A stretch of DNA of 64,000 nt from Lama guanicoe (GCA_013239625.1 MU054001.1:6249078-6313077); one strand, 5' to 3'; shown: positions 41,519-53,763, numbered from the stretch's first letter. The notes: generated by a model from the sequence alone, not told the origin. A program made the numbers and translations.

Positions 41519-41609
41519 CTGTTTCCCATGTACCAGAAAAGTAGTAATGTGTGGGGCTATAGAGGAAGAAAATTTCTGGGTAAATGCAGCCCCGTAGCGC
41601 ACCGCCAAC
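41519..41609 (-). CDS. PHKB: PHKB mutually exclusive exon A (91 nt, muscle-type): [30 protein letters not shown]
   Basis: acccag|G TTG...CAG|gtaaca; same length and phase as the exon at 40495-40585. Confidence 0.94.
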
Positions 41610-42722
41610 CTGGGTGTGTCAGTGGAAAGCCATGAAAGGGAAAATACAGTAAATAAAACTTCTAGAAGTTTGTTCTTCTAAACATAATAGTCAGGACTCT
41701 AAATGTTTGGTAACGATTTATCTATAATGCAAGTATAAAACATACAGCAAAAATAGGTATGGTTAGCTGAAAATAAGACTATAGCCCACATTTGAAATTG
41801 ACTGACTAAAAGGCAAAGGCTATTGGTTTGCGTGCCTTACTGTGCTGAGAATCTACAGCGAAAATTTGAGTCTTAACCACAGGATTATTACATTATTTTT
41901 TCTGGGTCGGAATAGTATATTTATTATAAATCATAGAGTTGAAATACTGTAAGAGACTGTTTTGTCTAATCCACTTATTTTAGAGATTAGAAAACTGAGG
42001 CTGAAGTTAAGGGAGTTTCCTACGACACTGCCTCAGACTTCTTTTTATTTCAAAATTAGATAATAATGGATCATTAAAAAAAATACATATGTATACTCTC
42101 ACTTTCAAAGTGTTAGATTCTGCTAGTAAAACTGTTAGAATTGCTTCAAAGATACAGAGGGCATGCATTTAGGCATACCTACCCCATTGTGAATTTAAAC
42201 ACTTTAATCTCAACTTACCTAATTTTTTATTGGAAGAGACTATCTCTGCAGAACATACCAGTTATTATACATTATGAAGCAATTACAATCACTGGGATTC
42301 ATTCAATTTAAGTTGTAAGAGAACTACCTTCTAAGTATATTATTTTTTCGCTCATGATTAAACAAAACACTGGTCTCTTTCCATGACCTTCCACAACAGA
42401 ACAGGTTTCCCAAACACAAATTAGAACCTATAGCAACTTGCTGGGACACAGGAAGTGCAGGGTGGGAGTCCTCAGAATGTCATTTCAGTACATCCTCTCC
42501 AGGTTCTTTTCCTATGGAAGTCTTTATTCCCAGCCATGTTTTAAATATCTTGGGAGAGCTAGGATAAAATGGAATGGAGGCAGGCTCACAGGGCTATAGT
42601 CCCGGCGTTTGAAAGTAAAAATTAGGATGAAAAACCATCTTTAAGACTGGTCCATTATCTTTAGGCTATAGAATAAGACAACACAAAAAATAAAACAGAA
42701 TGACAAGGACGCTAATACGAAC

Positions 42723-42780
42723 CAAAGTTTTTTGCTGCCAGCTCTTCTATAGATTCTCTCAATGTGATCAGAAACAGTAC
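42723..42780 (-). CDS. PHKB: PHKB coding exon (58 nt): (G)[18 protein letters not shown](W)
   Basis: gtctag|GT ACT...CTTTG|gttcgt (weak donor). Confidence 0.94.
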
Positions 42781-44659
42781 CTAGACATTGGATAATAGAG
42801 TCTTTGTTGAAAAAAGCTTTTAATTAAGTGCATAACATTTATTCTCCTTTAAAAAAAACACTCTTGAATTTTCATTTTGTTCTACTAGAGTTAATACCTC
42901 TGCCCATTTGTGTTCTGAACTACCTGACATATTTAAGTAAGTAACCCAAACATACCAGTGTGAATGTCCTCAGCCCTTGTTACAACTTAGTTTGAGTATA
43001 ATTTTGGTGAGTACTTTACTTCTTGAAATTTATTGTTTTCTTAATTAACATACAATCTAACTTTTTAATAAATAAAAATACCTTATTTTAATTGACTACA
43101 GAAAATAAAAAACAAAATACAGCAAATTGAACAACTACTTTAGACTCTGAATATATATAACTCTTCATTTATTTGTTCAAAAGAACTCTATGTTGATTCT
43201 AGTATGTGCACAATCATATACCAGGGCTCAAAAGACACCACTGGGCTTCATTCTTTGGCAGCAATTAACACGTGGTCTGGCCTCATGACTAGTTTATCAA
43301 TAAATTAACCATGTGACAGGACAGAGCCCAAAAAAGGAAATGAGTAAAGAACAAGATTTTAATCATTTTACCCCGAACTTATTTTTATAGCTTTATAACA
43401 GACTGGATAAAATTTTATTTAAATTCTGTAGATGTTTATGATTTTCACAGTATAAGGTTTTACAGATTTATAACATTTAAAGTCTTTCAAATATCAACGA
43501 AAAGATACTATTCCTTAGTTTATAAAAATGGTTTAAAAATAATTCTCTCAGCATTTATTATAAACTGTTTTATATAAATTTTGCTTTATTTTAAAGTATT
43601 ACTAAAATAACCATTCTGAATTCTAGGTTCTTAATGAAATGTTTGCTTTTTAATGATCTTATTATTTTCAAGTACAAGTTTTGATAAATGTCCTCAATAT
43701 AATCGGGATTCTGTTTATACTTTCAGTTTCAAGATTAATTAGAAACATGAAAGATTCTGTTTGAAATTTGCTTAGAGTTCTTCTGCCTTTATTAAGTTAA
43801 AAAAAATTAAGACAATTCAATGCACATGGATAATACCTATCTTTAGCTACAATAATGCAAAAATTAAGTAGATCTTATTTGAATAAACAATTATGTTTAC
43901 TACCAGAACTATAAATCTTATCAATTACATTCCTATTTAGAATATGGCTCAATTTCAATTTTAACCAAATCAATATGCCTCTCTCAATAGAGGATTTTCA
44001 GATGAGCCAAAAACTTTGAGTAGCTAGACATTAAATACTTGAAATATATTCTACATTATTCTATATTATACAATGCTAGAAGTAGACCGTGATGTAGAAT
44101 TCAAAGATTCCTCAACATACAAGGATGGATTTCAGATATGACTGGGTTTCATCCTTAATGCAGAGTAGACATGAACACAATTAGAAATGATCTATTTTTG
44201 TAAACAGTCTTTAGAGCACAATTCTATTAAATGTCATGTTCCTTTCCAAATGGCTTCCGCAGACCATAAAGGAGCTAATTTTTATAGCTATAATGATTCT
44301 GTACTGTTCTTGAAAACATACAGAAAATAAAACTGGAAACAGAAACTATCAATAACTATGGAGTCATTGGAGGTTAACAGTCACAGGCAGAATCCAGGCT
44401 CCAATATCATTCAGACAGAGAAACAATCAAGCATCACTGCATGAAAGCAATTTGGGAGTTCATACATCTAACAGACTACTCCACTCTACGGGGCATGAGT
44501 GAACATTTTCCACTTAAAAGGTTAAAAAAAAACCAGGTTTAATTGAGGAGAAAATAACTTGGAACATTTTAGTGGATATTCCTTACGCATATTTGATATA
44601 TGTTCAAGAACGGAGAGGTCCTTGTATTTAAAAATGTTCCATTAGACATGTACTCTTAC

Positions 44660-44741
44660 CATCCTTTGTGATGAAGTTGGGGCCTTCTCTTTTGAGCAGT
44701 ATACCCAGCAGGATGGCTTGGCTAGCCAGGCAACTACAGTC
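44660..44741 (-). CDS. PHKB: PHKB coding exon (82 nt): [27 protein letters not shown](G)
   Basis: tttcag|GAC...GATG|gtaaga. Confidence 0.96.
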
Positions 44742-45054
44742 CTGAAAATATAAATCACTATGAGTAACTGGAATGAAATGGATAAAAAAATTACCACAGA
44801 GAGTAACTAATCATGAAACCACATGATGCAAAGAGGAAATATTCTGCTATGCAACTGAGAAAAGATAAAATGTCACTGATACAGTACCAAGCACAAGATG
44901 ACATTATACAACTATTTATCTTAGGTATCTTAGAGATGGAGGGTAGACAAGTTGGCTCCCTGGGGAAGTAGGATTTAATAAACATATTTTCCAGGAAACA
45001 AGATAAGTAATGAATAGAAAATATGTCATCTAATAAGCATTAATACTGATTCTA

Positions 45055-45251
45055 GGGAGAAGAGGCCAAGACGGCGGAGTAGTAGGACGCTCGTGGCTCA
45101 CACTCTCCCACAGATACACCAAGACTCACATCCACGGACCCACTGAGCCAACCAGAGCACCTACGGAACTCCGACAGAACACTGTCTTCTTCAAAAGACA
45201 AAGAAGCCAAAAATCTGTTTTATTCCTACATAGGCGTTAGATAGATAAATA
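45055..45251 (+). mobile_element. 197-bp insertion made mostly of an L1 5'-UTR start, flanked by a 13-bp TSD
   Basis: AATACTGATTCTA at 45042-45054 and 45252-45264. Insert begins GGGAGAAGAGGCCAAGACGGCGGAGTAG (L1 5' end, YY1-like site). CpGs retained. Confidence 0.75.
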
Positions 45252-46100
45252 AATACTGATTCTAATGCTCTCTGAGAGATTTGGCCAAGTCATTTAGTCA
45301 CTCCCTTTTTGACTTTATTTATTCAGAAAGGAGAGACTACGCTGCTGTCAACCCACTGTGGAGAGAAGAATGAAAGAAGGGGACCTATGCAGACTGCTTA
45401 TTGCATATGTCCTGTGCCTACTATATCATATTCATGCTTGTGCAGATCTATAGATAATATCGATCAGTTATATACTGATGATATCTGCCAGGATATCTAT
45501 TTAGTCAATATGCTCAAATTTATATGGCCCAATAAGATGTCACTGTGTTTATAGCTCTACTATCGGAATGCCATTTCCTTTGGTAAGTACTACCCCCACT
45601 CCCACCCTTCTTCTTTTAAATTGCAAATAACCTTAGGGAAGGGGAAATACTAGGCTGCTAATGTAATATTCGTATGGCTGTAGTCATGGGATTGTTTTCC
45701 TCAGTGACTGGAGAGACTCAAAGCAAGCATTAGACCTAAACACTGGGACAGGAGAGAAGACTCAGGCTAAGAAAAGCAGAGAAAGGGCACTGGAAGAGAA
45801 ATCTAGAGATCCCAAAGGCAACTGTCACTGACACAACTTCTTTAATGGGCCATGTAACACTTTCATACTCAAGACAAGCCAATTCATATCCCCACTCCTT
45901 AAGCATCTTTAGGACATCCGTGCTAATACTAGCAAATGAGAAGAACCTCATTTCCTGCCTCGGGTACAGACAGACCAGCTACCCCCAGGCTGATGAGCTG
46001 CTACCTTCTCTGGGAGGACAAAAAGAAATAAGGTTTGCCCCTGGGAGTCCCTGCTCTGCCAGCCTGACTCAGGACCATGTGGGAACTGCATCTTCCTCAC

Positions 46101-46263
46101 ATTCAGTTTTTGAATAATTTCGTGGGTGGGCTTGTTTCTCCACTCAGTAACGGCGACATCTGGCTGCTGTTCCCGTTCAGGAGCATTGGAGGTGCTGCTT
46201 TGTCGTTTGACTTTTGAATGTTTGGGAACTTGTAGTTCCTCAAAACTCTTAAATTCTGGAAGC
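46101..46263 (-). CDS. PHKB: PHKB coding exon (163 nt): [54 protein letters not shown]
   Basis: ttctag|G CTT...AAT|gtgagg; contains KRQSST (46191-46208), the PKA-site motif known around Ser700 of the beta subunit. Confidence 0.96.
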
Positions 46264-46347
46264 CTAGAATTTAAAAGAAAAGCTTTCAGATTGCCTGAAT
46301 TCCTAATGTAATCTCAAGAAACACAATAATACCCCAAAGGAACTTAC

Positions 46348-46409
46348 TCTTCTGTGTCACTGATTCGTAAGAAGTCAAGTTGTTCCACCACAGCTCCGGA
46401 TATTAACGT
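46348..46409 (-). CDS. PHKB: PHKB coding exon (62 nt): [20 protein letters not shown](E)
   Basis: tttcag|ACG...GAAGA|gtaagt; followed by a short 84-nt intron (46264-46347). Confidence 0.96.
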
Positions 46410-47579
46410 CTGAAATGTGATTGAAAAAAGATTCACAGCTCTTAAATGTATCAAGCCCTTGTGACCTTTGCGTATACTTTCCTGTAAGCGCATAATACTT
46501 AAAAAAAAAGTTTACTTAAAATTTATACACGATTCTTAGATAATCTTTAAATGAATATTCTAAAATCAGACAGGATTTCAGATGCAACACCCCTGACATA
46601 GAAAATACACATCAAGCTACAAGTTCATGAATCATCATAAATAGAATCAACATGAGATGAACTGATTTTTTCCCCTCTGTTCTCTTGTTTATTTTTAAGC
46701 TGGAATTAAAATTCAGTACTCATCAGAATATTCAAAATATTTTGGGGAAAAAAAAAACCCCATGAAATACTAAAGCTGTTTTGGGAAAAGGTAATGTAAA
46801 ATTAAGCTTTGGATTTTGCTACCGTAATACATTTCAGACCTAGCCAATGATGAGATACTGCCCAGTCTTCATTTTTCAGGATTATGAAGGTGTTGATTAT
46901 CTTGGCCAATGCTTCTCTATATTCTGGCAACCAATATTTGGTCATTTTATTTTCCATTCGTTCCTGAGTGTAGCTTTAGCAAATGAAATGAGATCAAACT
47001 TGAACACAGTTTTTGTTTGTCGGTGGTTCCCAGTGAATGATAACGATAACTCACGATTCTTAGCACTGTCACTTCTAATTATCTGCTGAATTGTCAGATA
47101 AAAGTGAGATACGTACCTCACAAAAAACAAGCCACACGTTAATTATTATTTTAAATATAAGGCAACTCTTCAGTCAGAACTGTCTTCAATGTATTATTTT
47201 CTCTGTCTTCTCACTGTTCATTTCAAAAGTGAAGCAACAGGATGTGGGGAATGTTGCTCTTGTTGGCTAACCACCCAGAGTCCTGCCGTCTTCTTCTCTA
47301 GTGAAAACTCATAAAGTAGCACATCAACAAATACCTACTACAAATGGCAGGGTGTGGACATGTTACCAGCAATGGTACCAAAGCCTCCTTGCAGAGTCTG
47401 AGTGAGAAAGACCAGACATGCAACTGATGGACACATTTTTATGTGGTCCAGTCACAGTCAGCAGGGGTCTGAAAGCAGAGTCTATGCCTGGGCAGACGGC
47501 AGTGCCCAGCACAAGTCTGCTGAGTGACACTTCCTAAGATGCAGGCTACATCTACACATCTTGCTCGCTATCTAACTAA

Positions 47580-48400
47580 TTTGTTAGACAAATATTTACT
47601 GAACACCTGTGCAGGTAGTATGTGCCAGGTACTATGCTAGGTATGAGGATACAGCATGGGAAAAAAACCACACAAAACCCTTGCCCTCTTGAAACTGAAC
47701 CTCAGGTGTGTGTAAGAAGCAGACGATAAGCAAACAAACAAAAACCTAAATATGTTACATCAGATGGTAAGTGCAAAGTTGAAATGTGAAAGGTGGGGAC
47801 GGGGAGTGCTGGGGCAGAGGTGGAGGAGGCATGTTTGCCACTTTATATAGGTGATTAAAAAAGACTTCTCTAATAGGGTGACATGTAAGTAGAGACCAAA
47901 GGGAGGACCAGACAACAATATGGATCTGAGAGAAGAGTGTATAGGGCTGAGGGGATAGCAAGCGTACAGGTCCTGAGGCAGGAGCACGCTGGGTGTGTTT
48001 TAGGGGCAGTAAGGAGGACAGTGTGGTTGAATAGAGTAGACAGGGGAGAATGGTAGGAGATGAGGTCAGAGAAGAAGGTCCAGGTCATAGATGGCACTAC
48101 TAGAAGGACTCTGGATTGCACTTCAGTGGGAGAGAAGAGGCCATTGGAGGTTTATGATCTGTGACATGATCTCACTGCCCTATAACTAGGTAGAGTAGGA
48201 AGAGGCTAATAACTGTAACAGCCATTAGGAACTCAGAAGACAGCTATAAAAATCTAGGAGAGAGACAGTGGCTGCGTGGACCATGACGATAGTGCTGGAG
48301 ATGAAGGGAAGTGGTTAGATTCTGGACATAATCTGAGGGTAGAGAAAACTAGATTTGATAATGGATTGTAATGTGGGATATGAAAGAAAGAGTCAAGAAT
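47580..48400 (-). mobile_element. L2 LINE fragment
   Basis: ACAAATATTTACTGAACACCT...TATGTGCCAGGTACTATGCTAGG start and purine-rich L2 body. Confidence 0.8.
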
Positions 48401-48616
48401 TTTTAATTCTCAAAGCTGATAGCTAATACTGAAAACATAAAAATAATTTTGATTAAACATTTAAATTTTTATTAGCCTACCCACCTTAACACACTAATTC
48501 AGTCCATAAAGGAAATGTTTAATCTGAGATTACAGGTTAGTTCTGAATTCCATTAATAGTCTTTAGAGCTTTTGATTAAAAAAATTTAGTTGGTTGCAGG
48601 GGCTCCTAAATTCGTT

Positions 48617-48727
48617 TTTTTAAAATTGAAGTATAGTTGATGTACAATGTTATCTAAGTTACACATGTACAATATAGTGATTCACAATTTTTAAAGGCTA
48701 TATTCCACCTACAGTCATTATAAAATT
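48617..48727 (-). mobile_element. Short L1 3' end
   Basis: TTTTTTAAAATTGAAGTATAGTTGATGTACAATGTTAT... Confidence 0.7.
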
Positions 48728-49809
48728 TTAGATAAATTAGTTTTATAAAAAAATACTATAATCAATTTGCTAGGCATTAATACCTTACTTAGTTCTGATG
48801 GTAATCAAATAACTTCATATTGTTATACATATGTCAAATGCAATGTAATATTCAAAAAGGTATTCTGCTCAGCGATACTCAGTTATATTCCACCAGGTCC
48901 TCACCAGCTGCACACCCTACTCGAGACTGCTGCATCCCATCAATGTGCATCCCTCCCTGGCCTTACTTTTGGTTCGGCCCCCTCACTGGAATAATTCCCA
49001 TGAGATCAGGGACCTTGTATACATATTTTTCACTACTATATCTCCAGTGCCTCAAGACGGAAATCAATAAATAATTGTTGAATCAATGAACCAATATTCA
49101 CATATTTCCTACAGAGAGAATAACAGTAAGCAGAGTACTGTGGGAATGCAGAGATGAGTAAAGCTCGGCCTGATAGAGTTCTTAATCCACACAGAGATGC
49201 AGACACAAGAAACGAGCTATACCTAAAATAAGAGCTATAGCAAAAGTTCAAGGAAAATGCCACAGAAACACACTGGAAGGAGAAATTAATTCCAGTTTTG
49301 GAGACGTCACTAAAGAGGTGACACTGACCTAAGTCATAAAATTAAAGTTATAAAATTAAAAGCATAAAAAAGAAAAAGGCAACTCTAGAATAGAGTGACA
49401 GCAAGAGCCAAAAAAACTAAATTTAATCACACTAAAGATTTTGCAAAGTACCCAGCACACTTGGGGAGTGGCAAGCAGGGCTGGGAACGAACTGCATGAA
49501 GAGATGTCTTGGGTGATGAAGTCAGGAAGTGACGCTGGGGCCCAGTGAGGAGAGAGACTGTGGACCATGGGCTGAGGACATTTAAAAGGGCTTGAAATAA
49601 AGCCCAGAGAAGTACACAGGTGCCATTTTCATTTACTATAATAAAGAGAAGACAAAAGGTGGTTTGGGGGAATGAGGGTTTGTCTACTGGGTACAGAGTT
49701 TCAGTACTGCAAGATGAAAACAGGCTTATTATCTGGTTAAGACTCTATACTCAGGGGTACAGAGCATAGCAGAGACCAACAGATAGAAAGATTAAACAAC
49801 TGATTAGGT

Positions 49810-50130
49810 GAAAGACTCATAAATGAGCTGATTAAAAACTGGAGAGGTGTCATTCATTTCCAAGATGTAGATACGGACAAGGACCTCGGTGCTCAGTGAT
49901 GGGAAGCCATTATTTGTTGCTCTAACTTTCAGACTGTTGCACTAACTCATGGTCCAGCATCCGTCCCGTCAGGATTAAGACACTTGTACTGTCTATGTGA
50001 AATTAATCTGTTGTTGTTAAGCATCCTGGACAACCTGATAATGTACCGTTTTATTGTCTTTTGAATCTGCATCAGTAGAGACAACTTTCAAAACAGGTGT
50101 CCCAGTAAGAGATGATTCTGATAATACACT
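49810..50130 (-). pseudogene. Decayed FAT3-like protocadherin fragment (about one cadherin repeat) in a PHKB intron
   Basis: With two frameshifts and a stop it reads [100 protein letters not shown]. Cadherin motifs DAD, LDHE and xNDxxPxF are present. Close to the FAT3 sequence as I recall it. Confidence 0.85.
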
Positions 50131-50189
50131 GCACAGTGGGACCTCCCTGACTGCCCTCCCCAACCCTGCTCTCAGGACAATGCAAGCAA

Positions 50190-50740
50190 AATATATGTCC
50201 TTCAAGCAGAAGGCTACATGCTTATTTTCCGGGGAAACTGAAGAGCCCAAGAGAAAAAAAATCTCCAGGTATCAGCACCTGGGGTTTCCCCAACAAAAAG
50301 AGCTCTTGTCATCACGCCATCCTATAGGTGAACTCATCATGACTAGGATCCTTGTTCTCAAACACACAGCTTCCAATAAGCTTTTTCTCTTTCACTCTTA
50401 AAAATGAATGGATAGCTAAAGATTATCAGACATCTAAAAAATGTCTCCAATTTGAAAGACTGACCCCCCCAAAACAGAAAAGAAACCCGAAAGACATCAC
50501 GTAAAAAGGAAAAATTTCAAAAACTCTCTAGTTAATATTCTCAGAGATAAGGCAAAATACGATACAAAAAATAAGAATAAGATACTATGAAAAGGGAAAA
50601 TTAAAAGCATGATAGTTAAAATACTAAATTGAATAAAGGAGCTGGCATGATAAATATCAAAGAATTTGCCCCAGGAAGTTTAACAATAAGACAAAACAAT
50701 AAAAAATAAAGGAAAAAGAAAAACTTAGATAAAAATCAAC
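50190..50740 (+). mobile_element. Ancient HAL1/L1M ORF1-region fragment
   Basis: A-rich with TTAATATTCTCAGAGATAAG...AGCATGATAG... resembling HAL1/L1M ORF1. Confidence 0.5.
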
Positions 50741-51641
50741 CAAGTATGTAAAATACAAACATCAATTAAATATGCAAAACACAAGCACCAGTGAATGAGT
50801 ATGTAAACATGCCATTTACCATACTCCCGACATAGGTCCCTCTTTATAAATGTTCCTCTTTCTTACTCAGTATTGAGCACCTACTACATAAAGGACTGTA
50901 TGGAAATAAGGCATTTAAGTCCATAATGAACTACAATTTGAGTTAGTTTACATTAAAGGTCATAAAAGGATGTTTAAAAAAGTCTCATATCTGGTCTGAG
51001 TGATTTTGCAGAACTGGCTGTCAAAGTCTGGCAAGACTTCAAAGTCCAGAGATGCTGAAGGAAGGACAGCTACTCCAGGCGGAGGAAATGGTATGAGCAG
51101 GAGGGGGCAGAACCGCACAGAGTTCAGAACACAGTAATTCATCCATATCGGCTGAAGCAGAAAGAGCGTTTAGTAGGAGATAACCATGGGTAGAGAGGCT
51201 GCACTGACTAATAGGGAACCACAAAGGGCTTCTGTGATTTAGAAGCTGTGTAAATAACCTTGAAAGATTCTAAATGGAACTACGATTTTTTCCAGATTGG
51301 ATGTTACTGGGGTGGGTAGGGAAGAGGGTTCTGGACCAGAGAACTAAGCAACCTGAGGTTATACAGCAGGCCGCTTCATCACTCTGGACCCCAGCTTCCT
51401 CAAATGCAAAACTGAGGTTGGAGTTGAGCTCTTAAAGTCTAAAATTCTGGTGGGAAATCTCTGCAACTGCTCAAGCATCAGATTGGAGGAATCAGATAAA
51501 TAGGGTGGTGACAACAGGAATAGGAAGGTAGACAGAGTAAAACCATCAGACAAAAACCTTACATAGAACATATATTAAGAAATATAGCTGTATCTGTGGA
51601 TTGTGTTGAGAATAGAAATACACCGAAATTCAGAAGACTAC

Positions 51642-51732
51642 CTGTAGACGATCAACATGAACTTTGACTCCTCCAACTATTCCTTTTTTAAAAGCTGCCA
51701 GCATATCTAATATGGGATTGAATCGGCTACCT
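51642..51732 (-). CDS. PHKB: PHKB coding exon (91 nt): [30 protein letters not shown]
   Basis: tttcag|A GGT...CAG|gtagtc. Confidence 0.96.
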
Positions 51733-51937
51733 CTGAAAAATATAAACAGATAAACAAAATGTGCATATTAACAACAGAAAGAGAAATTAATAATCTAATA
51801 CCAAGTGCCCTCTACATATGCAAAGCACTCTGCCATCTGCTGAGATGGATAAAAAAAAATACAAAGAGGCCCTGCTTCCAAAGCGTTCAGTGTTACTGTG
51901 GTGACGTGCACGCATCACACTTCTTTTATCAACCTAC

Positions 51938-52020
51938 CTTATATTGTCTTCCCGGATGAGGACAAGGAAAAGTGGACGTCCGTGCATTTTCCAGTATTGC
52001 TTAATGAACTGTAGTGCATT
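51938..52020 (-). CDS. PHKB: PHKB coding exon (83 nt): NALQFIKQYWKMHGRPLFLVLIREDNI(R)
   Basis: tcatag|AAT...ATAAG|gtaggt. Confidence 0.96.
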
Positions 52021-52264
52021 CTATGAAAACATAAGAATGAGGTAGGATGTAATGGAACAGTATCTGAGCTGATAAGGATGCTTAACCATTAGAGGCAAAA
52101 AGCCAACAATACTCTTACATAGAAAGACAATTCACAATCAAACCGTGGATAATACAGACTACTTAGGGGTAGAAATGTTCTCATACACACAAGTTAAGCT
52201 AGAAACCATTGTGATTTTAAACTTTGTTCTTAAAAGTAATCAGATCACACTTGTTTTAAGGCTG

Positions 52265-52265
<1 letters not shown>

Positions 52266-52305
<40 letters not shown>

Positions 52306-52330
52306 TGTGTGGGCGCGCGTGCGTGTGTGT
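52266..52330. repeat. (TG)19 microsatellite followed by alternating GC/GT tract
   Basis: Direct reading. Confidence 0.95.
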
Positions 52331-52519
52331 GGCTTAATAAACAAAGCTCCAGAATGGTCCCAGGGAGGGAAGATCAACCCAGGGTTGTCACCTAGAAGAT
52401 TAATTCTCACTCCACATAACTGCAGATTTGTATTACAGCAGGTAGAGGACACTGGACGCGATCTACACAGATCACCAGAAACATGGAGAATTCCTTATTT
52501 GACTCAATTTCTATTGTCA

Positions 52520-52770
52520 TCATAATCATCATTATCACATCAAAGACTTATGTAACACTTCCCCATGTGCCAGGCACTATTCTGAGCACTTTGCATTTAT
52601 TCACTTATAATTCTCAAGACAGCCCTATTTAGCAATAAGGATGAGAAAACAGGGACTCAGAGAAGTGAAGTAACTTGTCCAAGATCACACAGCTGGTAAA
52701 TAGTGGAGCCAAGGTTTTAATAAATGAAATTTGGCTCCAGACTCCATGCTCTGGGCCATGACTCTAAGCT
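52520..52770 (-). mobile_element. MIR SINE
   Basis: ATGAGAAAACAGGGACTCAGAGAAGTGAAGTAACTTGTCCAAGATCACACAGC. Confidence 0.8.
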
Positions 52771-53196
52771 TCTCTATTCTGAATGGAAAAGGGAGTAAAG
52801 GAGAGTTTAACTGACAGGTGTTATGAATTAGTTGAGGTTTTACTTGAAAATCCTTCATAAAATCATTTTGCTAACTCAACTTTTGCTCAAAAAGAGAGAA
52901 CCTTGCTGTCATATGAACGTGGTTTCGGAAACAGTTCCCCTTCTGCTTTTACAAACTATACTGTATATCCTTTCACTCCATTTGTAGAAGGTGGAACAAG
53001 TCAAGTCATACAACTTTAAAGAAAACAATACACCTATTATTCTACTGTTGCAAGTATTGGCAGACGCTGTTTTACTTTCGTATTTGATACTGCGTTAACC
53101 CAGTGTCACAGACCTAGGGGCATTCAATTTAATAACATAGTAGAATCAGTAGAAACAAAGTCATCCCTTTTCAATAAAAAAGTGTTCTGAAGCTAC

Positions 53197-53301
53197 CTTT
53201 ATGTCATCTATCAGCAGTAAAACATCTTGAGACATGTAGAAATCACTTAGGTCGAAGATAATAGGGTAACAAACCACAGTCTTTCCTAGAATGCGATAAA
53301 T
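53197..53301 (-). CDS. PHKB: PHKB coding exon (105 nt): [35 protein letters not shown]
   Basis: ccacag|ATT...AAG|gtagct. Confidence 0.96.
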
Positions 53302-53763
53302 CTGTGGGAGATAATTAAAAAAAAAATACAAGAGAGACCAAAGGCAAAGGTACAGTAATACAAGCCCTAGTAAAACTTAAAACTGACGTTTAATTCTGAA
53401 TAAGCAATTAACATCTTCTAAAATCTGCATAACATCAGAAAATGGTTCTTTCTTGATTGAATCAGTATGCTAATGAACTTACAGTAGTCCACCTCTACTA
53501 TAAAGGAAAAAGCCCCTGTTTGAGTAAATTACTATTATTATCAGATATCTCAGAAAGCTTGGAAATAACATAGCAGTAAGTTGCTGACTTATTCCTAGAA
53601 GACTTCTGTGATATCAAACCAAACAAATTATTTTCTTGAAGAAAATAATAATTCAGCTAACTATTTAAGGAAACGTGAGAATGGACGTATAGCAGGTCAA
53701 ACATCATTTCAGTCTGTGGTATTACAGTCTGAACACTGCTCTACAAGGAAGTTTCATGAGCAC

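Noticed and set aside
41656..41671. 16-bp perfect palindrome AAACTTCTAGAAGTTT upstream of exon A
   Set aside because: Within chance expectation for AT-rich DNA of this length.
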